DNA from: a virus
Lineage: Duplodnaviria > Caudoviricetes
Virus record (IMG/VR): IMGVR_UViG_3300009160_000047
Coordinates: 1-60,102 of that record
Length of the DNA stretch: 60,102 bases
Strand: one strand, 5' to 3'
This document shows, piece by piece, positions 25,951 to 34,452 of the stretch. The notes below the pieces were generated by a model. The model was given only the letters and a program-made list of their open reading frames with translations. It made no database searches and was not told the origin of the DNA. How positions within the stretch are numbered: position 1 is the first letter of the stretch; each line of letters opens with the position of its first letter. The translations under genes and the position numbers were made by a program.

Positions 25951-27437
25951 TAACGCTTACCTCTCTTGATCGCCCGAATGTAAGCCCGCTTCTTTGCTTC
26001 CACAAACTTAGTTACTTCCATGCTTGGCATGCTGACGTTGTCGCTCAGGTTCATAGGCCAAACCCCAAACTTATCTTTGTAAGTATGAGCCGCCCAACCT
26101 GGGGACTTGCCTTCGTTGGCTACAAACCATTGGAGTTGTGACCACCACACCTGTTTGTTGGCGCGCGACATCATTGCTAGCTCTTCCATTTCTCCTGGAA
26201 GCACAGACAAAACATTCTTTCTCTCTTTGACAAAGCCGCAATGCGAGCAGGACTCTGCATGCCGAGGCATATAGGCCTGACACTTGGGGCACTTAGCCTC
26301 CTGCTTTTCCTTCTCTGTCGGTTCCTTTTTTGCCTTCTCTTTGCCCTCGTCTAATGAATGAACGCCGTTCTCATAGACATCCTCCCAGTCCTCACGAAAA
26401 CGGAGGTAATTACCTGAATGATCAAGCCACACGGCATAAGGCTTATCGTCTGGGTTTGCCTGATTGCTTCGCATGACACGACCCATCTGCTGAATATGGG
26501 AAGACAAAGACTTGCTGAATGGGCGGGCTGATACGCCGATCATTACGTCAGGCACATCAAAACCTTTGGTCAGGATATCCGTGGCAATCAGGCCATGAAT
26601 CTCTGTATCAGGCTTGGCAAAGTCCTCGATGACCTGCTTCTTAAACTCGTCATCATCTTTGTAGCTGATCGAGATAAAGTTATAACCCTGCTCTGCGAAC
26701 TTACGCATAAGATCGGTGCCATGGTTTACGCCTGAGCAAAAGACAATCGTTTTGCGTGGGCGGTTAAAGATCTGATGTGTAAGCTTGATCCACTCTGTAA
26801 CGATGTCGCCTGTGATCTTCATGCCTCGATCAGTGGCTTCCTTCTGTGACCATTCACCGGCTACTTTCTTTGCGCCAGTCATGTCAATCTCTTTGGCAAC
26901 GAACACCTTCAGTGGAACCAACACACCCCGATCGACCAAATGTTTGGTGGTAACTGAGGAGACTACGTGATCATAGACCCGACCCAGTCCCTTGGTGAAA
27001 GGGGTGGCGGTCAGGCCAATGACCTTCACATCAGGATTGTTCTTGATGAACTCGATTGTTTGATCTCTGGTCTGGTGGCATTCATCCACGATCAAAAGCT
27101 GAAGGCCAGGAAAATCTCCACGCTTCTCTAACGTCTGGGCAGAGCAGACCTGAATGCTTTCGTAAGGTCTAAACCTCCAATGACCTGACTGTAATACGCC
27201 ATGCTCGATGCTGTATTTTTCAAGACGCTGACTGGTTTGATCGCACAGAACGATACGATCCAAGATCATTGCCGCCTTGTTACCCTTCTCTTTTGTGGCA
27301 CGTAGTAGCTCGATGGCCATCTCTGTTTTGCCTGCGCCTGTGGGTGCGTAAAGTATTTGACTACGTAGTCCTGCTGCAAATCCTTTGCGAAGACTATCCA
27401 AGATATGGGACTGGTAGTCCCTGAGTATTAGTGACAT
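25950..27437 (-). CDS. Superfamily 2 DNA helicase with C-terminal Zn finger
   Basis: LRDYQ, APTGAGKT, DECH, TATP, GFD.P, QQMGR..R; CPKC...CSHC. Confidence 0.9.
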   Translation of the reverse strand: MSLILRDYQSHILDSLRKGFAAGLRSQILYAPTGAGKTEMAIELLRATKEKGNKAAMILDRIVLCDQTSQRLEKYSIEHGVLQSGHWRFRPYESIQVCSAQTLEKRGDFPGLQLLIVDECHQTRDQTIEFIKNNPDVKVIGLTATPFTKGLGRVYDHVVSSVTTKHLVDRGVLVPLKVFVAKEIDMTGAKKVAGEWSQKEATDRGMKITGDIVTEWIKLTHQIFNRPRKTIVFCSGVNHGTDLMRKFAEQGYNFISISYKDDDEFKKQVIEDFAKPDTEIHGLIATDILTKGFDVPDVMIGVSARPFSKSLSSHIQQMGRVMRSNQANPDDKPYAVWLDHSGNYLRFREDWEDVYENGVHSLDEGKEKAKKEPTEKEKQEAKCPKCQAYMPRHAESCSHCGFVKERKNVLSVLPGEMEELAMMSRANKQVWWSQLQWFVANEGKSPGWAAHTYKDKFGVWPMNLSDNVSMPSMEVTKFVEAKKRAYIRAIKRGKR

Positions 27438-27483
27438 AAGAATTCCTCTACTGGGACACAAGCCCCCCAGCTTGGGCTATGGA

Positions 27484-28314
27484 TTACTTGGCTTTCAATT
27501 GCTTCTGCAAATAGACCACTTGCTTTTTAAGCTGAGCGTTCTCTGCTTGGAATTGATCACGGCTAATCTTCACAGAGTTCAGCTCAATCGTTAGTTGCCA
27601 GACCTCCTCTCGAAGCTCGGCAATTATTCTGCCGGCAAGATCAGGATCTGCTGAACCTTTGACGGCCAACTGATCGGATAGCTTCTCATTCTCTTGAACC
27701 AAGAAGTCGATAGCTTCCTGTTGCTTGCCGTCATCCACAGGTGTAGCAGGAGTAGCAGGTGTAGCAACGTCAAATGTTTTGACTGGCTTCTCAGGCTTGG
27801 TCACGCGAGTCTTAACTTCACCATCTTTGTTTACAAACTTAACCTTCTCGGGCACCTTACCTACACGCAACTTTGCCACCGTTACATGGGACACATCGCA
27901 GATCCGGCCAATCTCACGATTGCTCCACTCACTCCATTCAAAGTCTTCGATCAACTCTTTGGCATTGTTAAGCTTGTCTTGCAAAGTAGGGGGCAGACCG
28001 TGCAGATTGTTTGCAATCTTGCTGTACAGAATGGCATCACGCAATAAGCCATTGGTAACTTTGCACTTGATAGATGCTTTGCCAATCTTGCGTGTGGCGT
28101 GATAGCGGTGAAAGCCATCGGCTAACCAGTACTCTTTGCCATCAAAGAATGCGGTGACTGGACTGTATTCCACATCATCCTTCATCTTCTCAAAGATATC
28201 TTCGACATGACTCTCGTCAATCTTCAGTCGTGATTGTGTGCCGCCGCTAATGTTCAGCGCATCAAGAGACAAAGTCTTTACTGTAAATACCAGTTTGCTT
28301 GGGTCGTAATTCAT
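27484..28314 (-). CDS. ParB/Srx N-terminal domain protein with HTH and coiled coil
   Basis: LADGFHRY.A, N..HGLP, WSNREI.R.C.VSH.TV...R; C-terminal leucine zipper. Confidence 0.75.
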   Translation of the reverse strand: MNYDPSKLVFTVKTLSLDALNISGGTQSRLKIDESHVEDIFEKMKDDVEYSPVTAFFDGKEYWLADGFHRYHATRKIGKASIKCKVTNGLLRDAILYSKIANNLHGLPPTLQDKLNNAKELIEDFEWSEWSNREIGRICDVSHVTVAKLRVGKVPEKVKFVNKDGEVKTRVTKPEKPVKTFDVATPATPATPVDDGKQQEAIDFLVQENEKLSDQLAVKGSADPDLAGRIIAELREEVWQLTIELNSVKISRDQFQAENAQLKKQVVYLQKQLKAK

Positions 28315-28484
28315 TTATTTTCCTTGTTAGATATGTAGCCAAGATAGAAATATCTCCACTTGGTTTGTATATTGGATGATTTGTATCGGGTTTTAGCCCA
28401 CTCGTAGCTTAGGCCTCGCAACGCCAAGATCTCTTCGAATCTTTGGCGTATCTCTTCGACTTGATTCTTGGGCTTTAGCGACAT
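28311..28484 (-). CDS. Hypothetical protein
   Basis: MSLKPK start; Y....IQ.KWRYF..G motif. Confidence 0.55.
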   Translation of the reverse strand: MSLKPKNQVEEIRQRFEEILALRGLSYEWAKTRYKSSNIQTKWRYFYLGYISNKENK

Positions 28485-28645
28485 AAGACCAAGCCCACAA
28501 CTAAGCCTATGAAAAAAGTGATCCACGGAATCATTATGGTGTCGGTGTCAGCCTCGATCTTGTTCGGACCCTCTATCCATTCGAAGTAGTCCTGGGGAAA
28601 TGCTTCCTGCATGGTGCGTGGAAAGCGGCGTTCTGTATCGTTCAT
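28475..28645 (-). CDS. Small membrane protein (56 aa)
   Basis: AGGAG RBS; RRFPRT..EAF followed by a C-terminal hydrophobic helix. Confidence 0.6.
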   Translation of the reverse strand: MNDTERRFPRTMQEAFPQDYFEWIEGPNKIEADTDTIMIPWITFFIGLVVGLVLCR

Positions 28646-28741
28646 CTTTTCTCCTTTGTAAATAGGTGCAACTAATTATACATAATGTTATCTCGTTTGC
28701 AACCCACCAATTAATTAATTCTTTTTGGCAAAGCACTTCGC

Positions 28742-29245
28742 TCACGCTACCCCTTTCAATAGTTCTTGCAGTTGTTTCAATTTCTGTGCACTGGTGGAGT
28801 TCTCTTGGATCTCTGCCTCGATCTCAAGTGCCACGTTCTCTAGCTCTGTGGCCATCGCCTTCATCTGTGCAGCCAACCCGTTGGCTTTCTCTGAAAGGCT
28901 GATCAATCTGTCCAAGTTGGATTGCTTGATCTGAGTTACTGGTTTGCTTGTAGCCATGGTTTTTTCCTTTGTTTCTTCTATAAATTTGTCGAATGTTGTT
29001 GTCTCTTTTACTTCTATGCGGATAAAAGATCCGCGCTCAGGCTCTTGGATAAGGCCTTGTCGTTTCAATGTGTCCAAGCAACCAATGATTGCCTTGGAGT
29101 CCCGCATGCTGTAGCCCAGTCTGCTTATCTCTGCAATGATCTGAGTAGAAGTCCATGCCTCAGATACAGGCACTGCTTCGTAGACCTTCTTGACTGGCGC
29201 ATTCAAGACGTTAAACATCTGCTTAAACCTAGTCTGACTTATCAT
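28742..29245 (-). CDS. Winged-helix plus coiled-coil protein
   Basis: KVYEAVP..E.W....I and GCL..L...GLI.E...G.F motifs. Confidence 0.6.
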   Translation of the reverse strand: MISQTRFKQMFNVLNAPVKKVYEAVPVSEAWTSTQIIAEISRLGYSMRDSKAIIGCLDTLKRQGLIQEPERGSFIRIEVKETTTFDKFIEETKEKTMATSKPVTQIKQSNLDRLISLSEKANGLAAQMKAMATELENVALEIEAEIQENSTSAQKLKQLQELLKGVA

Positions 29246-30866
29246 TTTTCATCTCCTTTATTTCTAAGTCTTGTTCAGCTCTTTCAAGTAAATATTTCCT
29301 CCAATCTTCGTGTTCTAAAACTTTTTGTATTTGTTCTCGGCTCCACAGGAACATGTGCCTATCCTCAAAACCATCTAAGACTTTGAACAACGTATCTTCA
29401 GGGAAGTTATATGGACTGGCGAATAAATCCATGTACCTGAACGAACCTGCTGAAATATCGTGATTCTCAAATGGCTTCTCTGGACGCTTCATGTGGCTAG
29501 TTGTAAACAGGTACTTGATACCTGACTCCACAAAGTTGGTAAGCACCTTGTAGGTTTCCACGTAGGGCATATGGAACAGAAAATCCCGACACAACATCAG
29601 GTCTGCCATGGGGTACTTGTCCTCTACCAAATTGGTATAGACAAACTTCATCTTTGGATTGTCTTTGTACTTCTCTTTAAGCTCTTCTATTAGAGCTTGC
29701 ACAATATCAGCACCAACATAATCTATGTCGGACTGCTCCAAGACCTTGGCCATCCAGTTCAGGTCGCCGCATGGCGCATCGAATACAGACTTAATCTCAA
29801 ACTGCTCGAACAACTTGGGCAATTCCTGACGCAATCGTTCTGTATGTTTCAGCGTAGATGACGGCCCACTAACTGTTTCACCAGAGCCCCAACCCTTCTT
29901 CTCAAAGATCTTTGTGAACTTTTCTTCCATGGTCTGCTGCTTATCCCAGTACAACCTTGATGCCCGACCCTTGGCTTTCTTATTAAAGTAGTCCACACCT
30001 GAGAAATCAATGTAGTCCTGAACAGATCTGACTGATCCCAACCCATAGATACCCATGTCTTTGCCATGGATCAAAGCCTCCAGTCTGTCTGTCGCACGTT
30101 GCTGCATGGTTGCCCAGTGCTCAGCACGTTTTGTAGTGACTTCCTTATCCCAATGTCTAGGACGTTCGCCGCCTTTTGATTTGGCATAAAGATGGTAGAT
30201 GGGCATGTCAGGCACATGGAAAATATCCCAACCATGCGTATACGCGCGCAACGCTATAGCTTGCTCTTCGCCATTGAAGTACATATAAGGATCGTATGGA
30301 ATCTCATATACAAACTTGCCTAGCGTGAACAGGCAACCTGCGCCTACGTGAACTCCAGGAATGATGTCGGTTGTGTCTACTGGAGAAGCAACAAACTTCA
30401 GCTTGGAATTCTTTGGATCAAAATCATCCGCAATAATGTGAACCGATGTGCCACGGAAGATGTGCTTGGTAACAATTCCATTCTCACGCTCGTATGAGTT
30501 TGGGTAACTGGACACAATGAACTTCGGGCTAATCTCGGCGCACTTCTCAGCCGCTTTGATGAATCTCTCATCCCAGTCCTGCTCAAATATCATGTGTGCA
30601 TCGATCTGGAAAAACCAATCCTCATCGTTGTACATGGACATGCAGACTGATCTCGCCCAACAGGCACCACGGGATTCGTGTGGGTTAACACCAAGGTAGC
30701 GCACATTCTTATGGTCAGGCGTGATCTTGATGCGCTTACCCAGTTCGCTCTGCTCCACCACTCCAAAGAATAAATCGTTTGGATATTTGGATTTCTTGAT
30801 GGCATCATTTATTGTGTGCCCCAATAGCACATCAGAGTAGGAGGCAATGCTTACAAAGATGCTCAT
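29229..30866 (-). CDS. GT60-like (GlcNAc) glycosyltransferase fused to a class I SAM methyltransferase
   Basis: IFVSIASY.D, SRGACWAR, QIDAHM.F...WD, F.GEE..LRA.THG.D, YGLG..RS; C-terminal SG.SS, FDAPCGD.NW, G.DIV, CRD...H. Confidence 0.8.
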   Translation of the reverse strand: MSIFVSIASYSDVLLGHTINDAIKKSKYPNDLFFGVVEQSELGKRIKITPDHKNVRYLGVNPHESRGACWARSVCMSMYNDEDWFFQIDAHMIFEQDWDERFIKAAEKCAEISPKFIVSSYPNSYERENGIVTKHIFRGTSVHIIADDFDPKNSKLKFVASPVDTTDIIPGVHVGAGCLFTLGKFVYEIPYDPYMYFNGEEQAIALRAYTHGWDIFHVPDMPIYHLYAKSKGGERPRHWDKEVTTKRAEHWATMQQRATDRLEALIHGKDMGIYGLGSVRSVQDYIDFSGVDYFNKKAKGRASRLYWDKQQTMEEKFTKIFEKKGWGSGETVSGPSSTLKHTERLRQELPKLFEQFEIKSVFDAPCGDLNWMAKVLEQSDIDYVGADIVQALIEELKEKYKDNPKMKFVYTNLVEDKYPMADLMLCRDFLFHMPYVETYKVLTNFVESGIKYLFTTSHMKRPEKPFENHDISAGSFRYMDLFASPYNFPEDTLFKVLDGFEDRHMFLWSREQIQKVLEHEDWRKYLLERAEQDLEIKEMKNDKSD

Positions 30867-31063
30867 TTCTTAAGGCTCCGCACATAGGCGGCAAAGCTTG
30901 CCGTTGTATCTCCGCCGTTTTTCATGGCGTCAAACTCTTTAGCCACCTCCTCAAGGGTGTCGTTGCGGATCTTGTTAGAGATGGGATTAAGCTGTTTCTG
31001 AATCATCTGACGCTTGCGCCATCCCAAGGCTTTTTCCCATACGTTTAGTTGTGCTTCGCTCAT
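30863..31063 (-). CDS. Hypothetical protein
   Basis: RN..LEEVA.EF..M..GDT.ASFA.YVR motif. Confidence 0.6.
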   Translation of the reverse strand: MSEAQLNVWEKALGWRKRQMIQKQLNPISNKIRNDTLEEVAKEFDAMKNGGDTTASFAAYVRSLKK

Positions 31064-31214
31064 TTTTTTCCTTTCGATATTCCAACACTTCATTAAGTAA
31101 CTTCTCCATTTGATCTGCTGCCATCAAATGAAATGGAGTGATTGGTTTGTGGCTAGCAATTGAACGCATCATGGCAATAGTTGTCCTTGCCGTGGTTTCA
31201 CTCAGCTTTGCCAT
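30987..31214 (-). CDS. Hypothetical protein
   Basis: AGGAG RBS; its C-terminus overlaps the next gene. Confidence 0.45.
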   Translation of the reverse strand: MAKLSETTARTTIAMMRSIASHKPITPFHLMAADQMEKLLNEVLEYRKEKNERSTTKRMGKSLGMAQASDDSETA

Positions 31215-31452
31215 CAGTCTTCTCCTTCAGGCGTATTCTTAGTATGCGGTTCTCTTGCAAAGCATCCTCTAGCATGCGGAGGTGCTCTTGGTGGCGGTCT
31301 TCCATAACTTTGACCAGCTTCTGGAAGTCGTTGTCCCACTGGCTCATCTTGGCCGACAGAATCTTGGCGTGGTACCAAACATACTCATTGGTAATGCCTT
31401 CGACAGTAACGCTGTCTTTAATTTCATATTGTTTTAATGCTTCTGGAATCAT
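31198..31452 (-). CDS. Hypothetical coiled-coil protein
   Basis: AGGAG RBS; 84 aa. Confidence 0.55.
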   Translation of the reverse strand: MIPEALKQYEIKDSVTVEGITNEYVWYHAKILSAKMSQWDNDFQKLVKVMEDRHQEHLRMLEDALQENRILRIRLKEKTDGKAE

Positions 31453-31625
31453 GGTTTCTCCTTAGTTTCTTCAATCACAACAGGGCCGTTAAACATAGCC
31501 ATGCCCAACTGTCCAAGCATGACCGACTTCAATCGTTCTCGATCTTCTTCTGGAAACTCAGAGGCAACGTCATCCATGATTTTCAGAATGTCTTGTGCCA
31601 TTTTTTGTGGTGTGATGATGCTCAT
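31449..31625 (-). CDS. Hypothetical protein (58 aa)
   Basis: MSIITPQKMAQDIL...; ATGA overlaps at both ends. Confidence 0.55.
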   Translation of the reverse strand: MSIITPQKMAQDILKIMDDVASEFPEEDRERLKSVMLGQLGMAMFNGPVVIEETKEKP

Positions 31626-31948
31626 GTGTTCATCTCCAGTGTGTTAATTTGGTCAATAATCCATTGGCAATCTTTGCGCAAGCCTTCAAAGAGCGGCGTG
31701 TCTTCCTTCTGAATCTTGCCCTGTGCGTTGTACATTTCAAAAAGATCATCGTAAACGTCTTTAAGTTTGATGTGAACCTTGATAGATACCTCCGTCTCTA
31801 GATCCCAAATCACTTTCAAAGTCTCAATAACCTCTGAGAAATCCTCTTCGGATTGGTTCGATGCGTAGAAATAAAACTTAAAGTTTCCTTCCGAGTCAAT
31901 TACTCCTGTTTGAGGTATCTCATCTATCTCAAATTCAATTGGCTTCAT
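31622..31948 (-). CDS. Hypothetical acidic protein
   Basis: AGGAG RBS; 108 aa. Confidence 0.55.
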   Translation of the reverse strand: MKPIEFEIDEIPQTGVIDSEGNFKFYFYASNQSEEDFSEVIETLKVIWDLETEVSIKVHIKLKDVYDDLFEMYNAQGKIQKEDTPLFEGLRKDCQWIIDQINTLEMNT

Positions 31949-32187
31949 GTATTTTTCTCCTTGAGTTTGGCTTCCGCCCTGTATACGACATCTTCCATTG
32001 ACTTTGCTTCGCCCAAAATTGTTTTAACTTCTGCGCCTGTCAAGTCCCTCCATTCACGCTGCTCATATAGCGGCACCTCTTTCCACCAACCACCCTCATG
32101 GTTTGGCCAGTCCTGTTTGGTATGTGTTATCACTGGATGTTTTTCATCACCATCACATATATACAGCCATGCTTTTGGTTCGTTCAT
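31945..32187 (-). CDS. Small protein ending in a W..LT..E...EAKLKEKNT module
   Basis: EP.AW...PLY..REW..LT and AEAKLKEKNT. Confidence 0.65.
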   Translation of the reverse strand: MNEPKAWLYICDGDEKHPVITHTKQDWPNHEGGWWKEVPLYEQREWRDLTGAEVKTILGEAKSMEDVVYRAEAKLKEKNT

Positions 32188-32366
32188 GGCTTCTCCTTAA
32201 AGTCATCGATAGCCGTACAGCCACGCTCCATACAGGCGGGCTCAAGGTCAGGTATGTGCTTGTCAATTACGTCAGCTATCTTGGTACGCAACAGGGCACT
32301 CGCGTGAAACAGCACGGCGATATTCATCAGCTCCTCAACAAGCGGTTTTGATTGTGAGTATTTCAT
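32184..32366 (-). CDS. Hypothetical protein
   Basis: 60 aa; ATGA overlaps. Confidence 0.55.
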   Translation of the reverse strand: MKYSQSKPLVEELMNIAVLFHASALLRTKIADVIDKHIPDLEPACMERGCTAIDDFKEKP

Positions 32367-32518
32367 GTATTTTTCTCCTTTAGTTTTGCTTCGATGGCTC
32401 TATAAAAATGACCCCAACCATCCATTGACTCAATCCACTGTTGCCACAACTGGTGCTGCTCCTCCTCTGTCAGGCCTCTCCAAGGGCGCACGTAGTCTTG
32501 AATGTCATCGTCATCCAT
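32363..32518 (-). CDS. Small protein ending in a W.GLT.EE...AIEAKLKEKNT module (51 aa)
   Basis: MDDDDIQDYVRPWRGLTEEEQ...RAIEAKLKEKNT; AGGAG RBS. Confidence 0.65.
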   Translation of the reverse strand: MDDDDIQDYVRPWRGLTEEEQHQLWQQWIESMDGWGHFYRAIEAKLKEKNT

Positions 32519-32526
32519 AGTTGCTC

Positions 32527-33132
32527 CTAATAAAAACGCCCGAAATTAGGCTCTTTGTTGTATTTGTTGACGTAGTCTTCCCACGATACTGCAAAGTCTT
32601 CGCACGTAAACAAACTAATAAGTTGCTTGTAACCCAGGTAGTTTTGTGCATGCCCGTACTGGGTCTTGTCCACCATTGCTACGTAGTGCTCAGCAGTTGG
32701 AAGACCAAATGCATGCAAAGTTCTCACGGCAATTTTTAATGTGCCTTGTGATCCCGCTAAATCATCCACCAAAAGCAACGGCTTGCCAGTCACTCTGCCT
32801 TCGGTGAAATTCATCAGGCCGTATACCTTGCGTGATTTCTTAACCGACAACATAGGCTCACCAAGTACAGCCGACATCGCAAGCCCAAGCGGAACACCGG
32901 CATCCTCACAGGCAACGATCTGCACGTTTTTATCCGGCAGACCTTGAACCAGTAACTCGCCCGCAGTTAACAAAAACTTGGGATCGAACAGGCATCTGCG
33001 CAAATAGAACTGCCACCTATAACTCATGTTCGGGGCTTTCGCAGGAATGTCTGGAAGATGCGGCGGCACCCTGTAAATTCCCCTGTGGTCAATCTCTGAA
33101 CGCAAGTACTCCAGCTTCTCAAGATTTGTCAT
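32527..33132 (-). CDS. Type I phosphoribosyltransferase (orotate-PRT-like)
   Basis: PRPP-binding LLLVDDL.GS.GT, E.AGVPL and KKSRKVYG loop. Confidence 0.7.
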   Translation of the reverse strand: MTNLEKLEYLRSEIDHRGIYRVPPHLPDIPAKAPNMSYRWQFYLRRCLFDPKFLLTAGELLVQGLPDKNVQIVACEDAGVPLGLAMSAVLGEPMLSVKKSRKVYGLMNFTEGRVTGKPLLLVDDLAGSQGTLKIAVRTLHAFGLPTAEHYVAMVDKTQYGHAQNYLGYKQLISLFTCEDFAVSWEDYVNKYNKEPNFGRFY

Positions 33133-33400
33133 TTTTTTCCATGCTGATAATGAACTCTTGCATATGAATCAGCGCATGGTTATAGGCAATTTGATACATT
33201 GGATTAGGATCCTCTGAATCAAACAAAGCATCGATGGTGTCAAGCGTTGCTTTACGGTAATGCTGCAGGACTAACTTGGCAAAACGTCCAAGGTGTTCGG
33301 TTAACTCATGGTCTTCCTGAGTGGACGGACTATAGGCTTCATCGTCTTTGACATAAAACCCAGACTGTTTAGCCAGTTCAATGATTTTATCTTGAGTCAT
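33119..33400 (-). CDS. Hypothetical protein
   Basis: MTQD.II..A.Q.G...L.RFA.LV motif. Confidence 0.6.
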   Translation of the reverse strand: MTQDKIIELAKQSGFYVKDDEAYSPSTQEDHELTEHLGRFAKLVLQHYRKATLDTIDALFDSEDPNPMYQIAYNHALIHMQEFIISMEKNDKS

Positions 33401-33600
33401 TCTTGCCTCGCATCCATCATGGCGTCTGCATACTGATAGGCCACAATAGCCGCATCGTTTATGTTGTACGACTCGGCCTCGTTCATCTCTTGAATTGCCA
33501 TTGGTAAAGCCTTGGCCGCAAAGTAGTCACGCAAGGTCATGCCTATATCGAATTCGTCATGACTCATAGCGTTAGTCGGGAAGGCTGGAATTGTTTTCAT
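33397..33600 (-). CDS. Conserved small phage protein (GMTLRDYFAA family)
   Basis: PAFP...GMTLRDYFAAKA...AY..ADAM..AR. Confidence 0.75.
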   Translation of the reverse strand: MKTIPAFPTNAMSHDEFDIGMTLRDYFAAKALPMAIQEMNEAESYNINDAAIVAYQYADAMMDARQE

Positions 33601-33833
33601 GCGTTCTCCTTTATGGCTTTGGCCAAGACATCAATCGATACAGAAATGTTATTGATTGCATCTGCAATGCTCTCTAAACCTTCTCTATGTACCTCTGCAA
33701 TTTCTTGCATACCTTCTTTATGCACAACACCAAGGGCTTCAATTGCACCCATAGAAGTCATTGCATCACCATTGCCTAAATAACAGGCAGCTTTAATAAT
33801 TGCATCAGCAATTTGGTTTCTATCTTCATTCAT
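33597..33833 (-). CDS. Hypothetical protein
   Basis: LG.GDA.T.MGAIEAL motif. Confidence 0.55.
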   Translation of the reverse strand: MNEDRNQIADAIIKAACYLGNGDAMTSMGAIEALGVVHKEGMQEIAEVHREGLESIADAINNISVSIDVLAKAIKENA

Positions 33834-33854
33834 AGTGGACTTTCTTCATGGTTA

Positions 33855-34154
33855 TCAGGGTTGAACTTGGGCACTTTTGTACCCTTGTCTTTTGGATTTG
33901 GAAATGGTGGAAACGGCCATGTCATCTACGTTCTCCGGTCTAGGACAATCTTCTGGCGGCACAACCACGCACCACACAGCTGCATACTGTTTTCTCGGAA
34001 CAGCTTCCCATCTATCAATGTAGGCATCAGGCATAGCGCGTATGATCTTTTTAATGTTCGCCTTATCACGCTTCACCGCCCACACGATCTGCTCTAACGT
34101 CATTCCATCACTGTTCGTTCTGAGTAATGCTCTAATCTCTTGCGTACAGTTCAT
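33855..34154 (-). CDS. Hypothetical wHTH-like protein
   Basis: IR.LL...DG.T..QI, MPD.YIDRW and AVW.VV..PE.CP.P motifs. Confidence 0.65.
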   Translation of the reverse strand: MNCTQEIRALLRTNSDGMTLEQIVWAVKRDKANIKKIIRAMPDAYIDRWEAVPRKQYAAVWCVVVPPEDCPRPENVDDMAVSTISKSKRQGYKSAQVQP

Positions 34155-34390
34155 TGACGTCTCATATCTTCTTTAAATACCGCCAGTGCTTCGTTCTGGA
34201 TATCACGCACAACATAGTCAGCCAGGAAGCCAATCATCTCTATGTCCTTGTGCGTTACAGAAACAAGTTCCATTGACTCAGCATAGTCTGGCTCAATCTT
34301 TAATCCATTCTCAGCAGAACCAATCTCAGCCGGCAAGTAATCCAGCGTACAGTCAAGCTCCACATCAGCTCTCGTAAATATATATCTCAT
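34151..34390 (-). CDS. Hypothetical protein, first gene of the leftward operon
   Basis: AGGAG RBS; L.C.L.Y.P.E.GS...G...EPDY motif. Confidence 0.6.
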   Translation of the reverse strand: MRYIFTRADVELDCTLDYLPAEIGSAENGLKIEPDYAESMELVSVTHKDIEMIGFLADYVVRDIQNEALAVFKEDMRRQ

Positions 34391-34416
34391 AATATCTCCT
34401 TGAAGTTGGGATGTGT

Positions 34417-34444
34417 ATATTACTGCAAAAAAGTACACTGTCAA
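34417..34444 (-). promoter_or_regulatory. Sigma70-type promoter
   Basis: TTGACA-16 bp-TAATAT upstream of 34390. Confidence 0.6.
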
Positions 34445-34452
34445 CAGGTATA

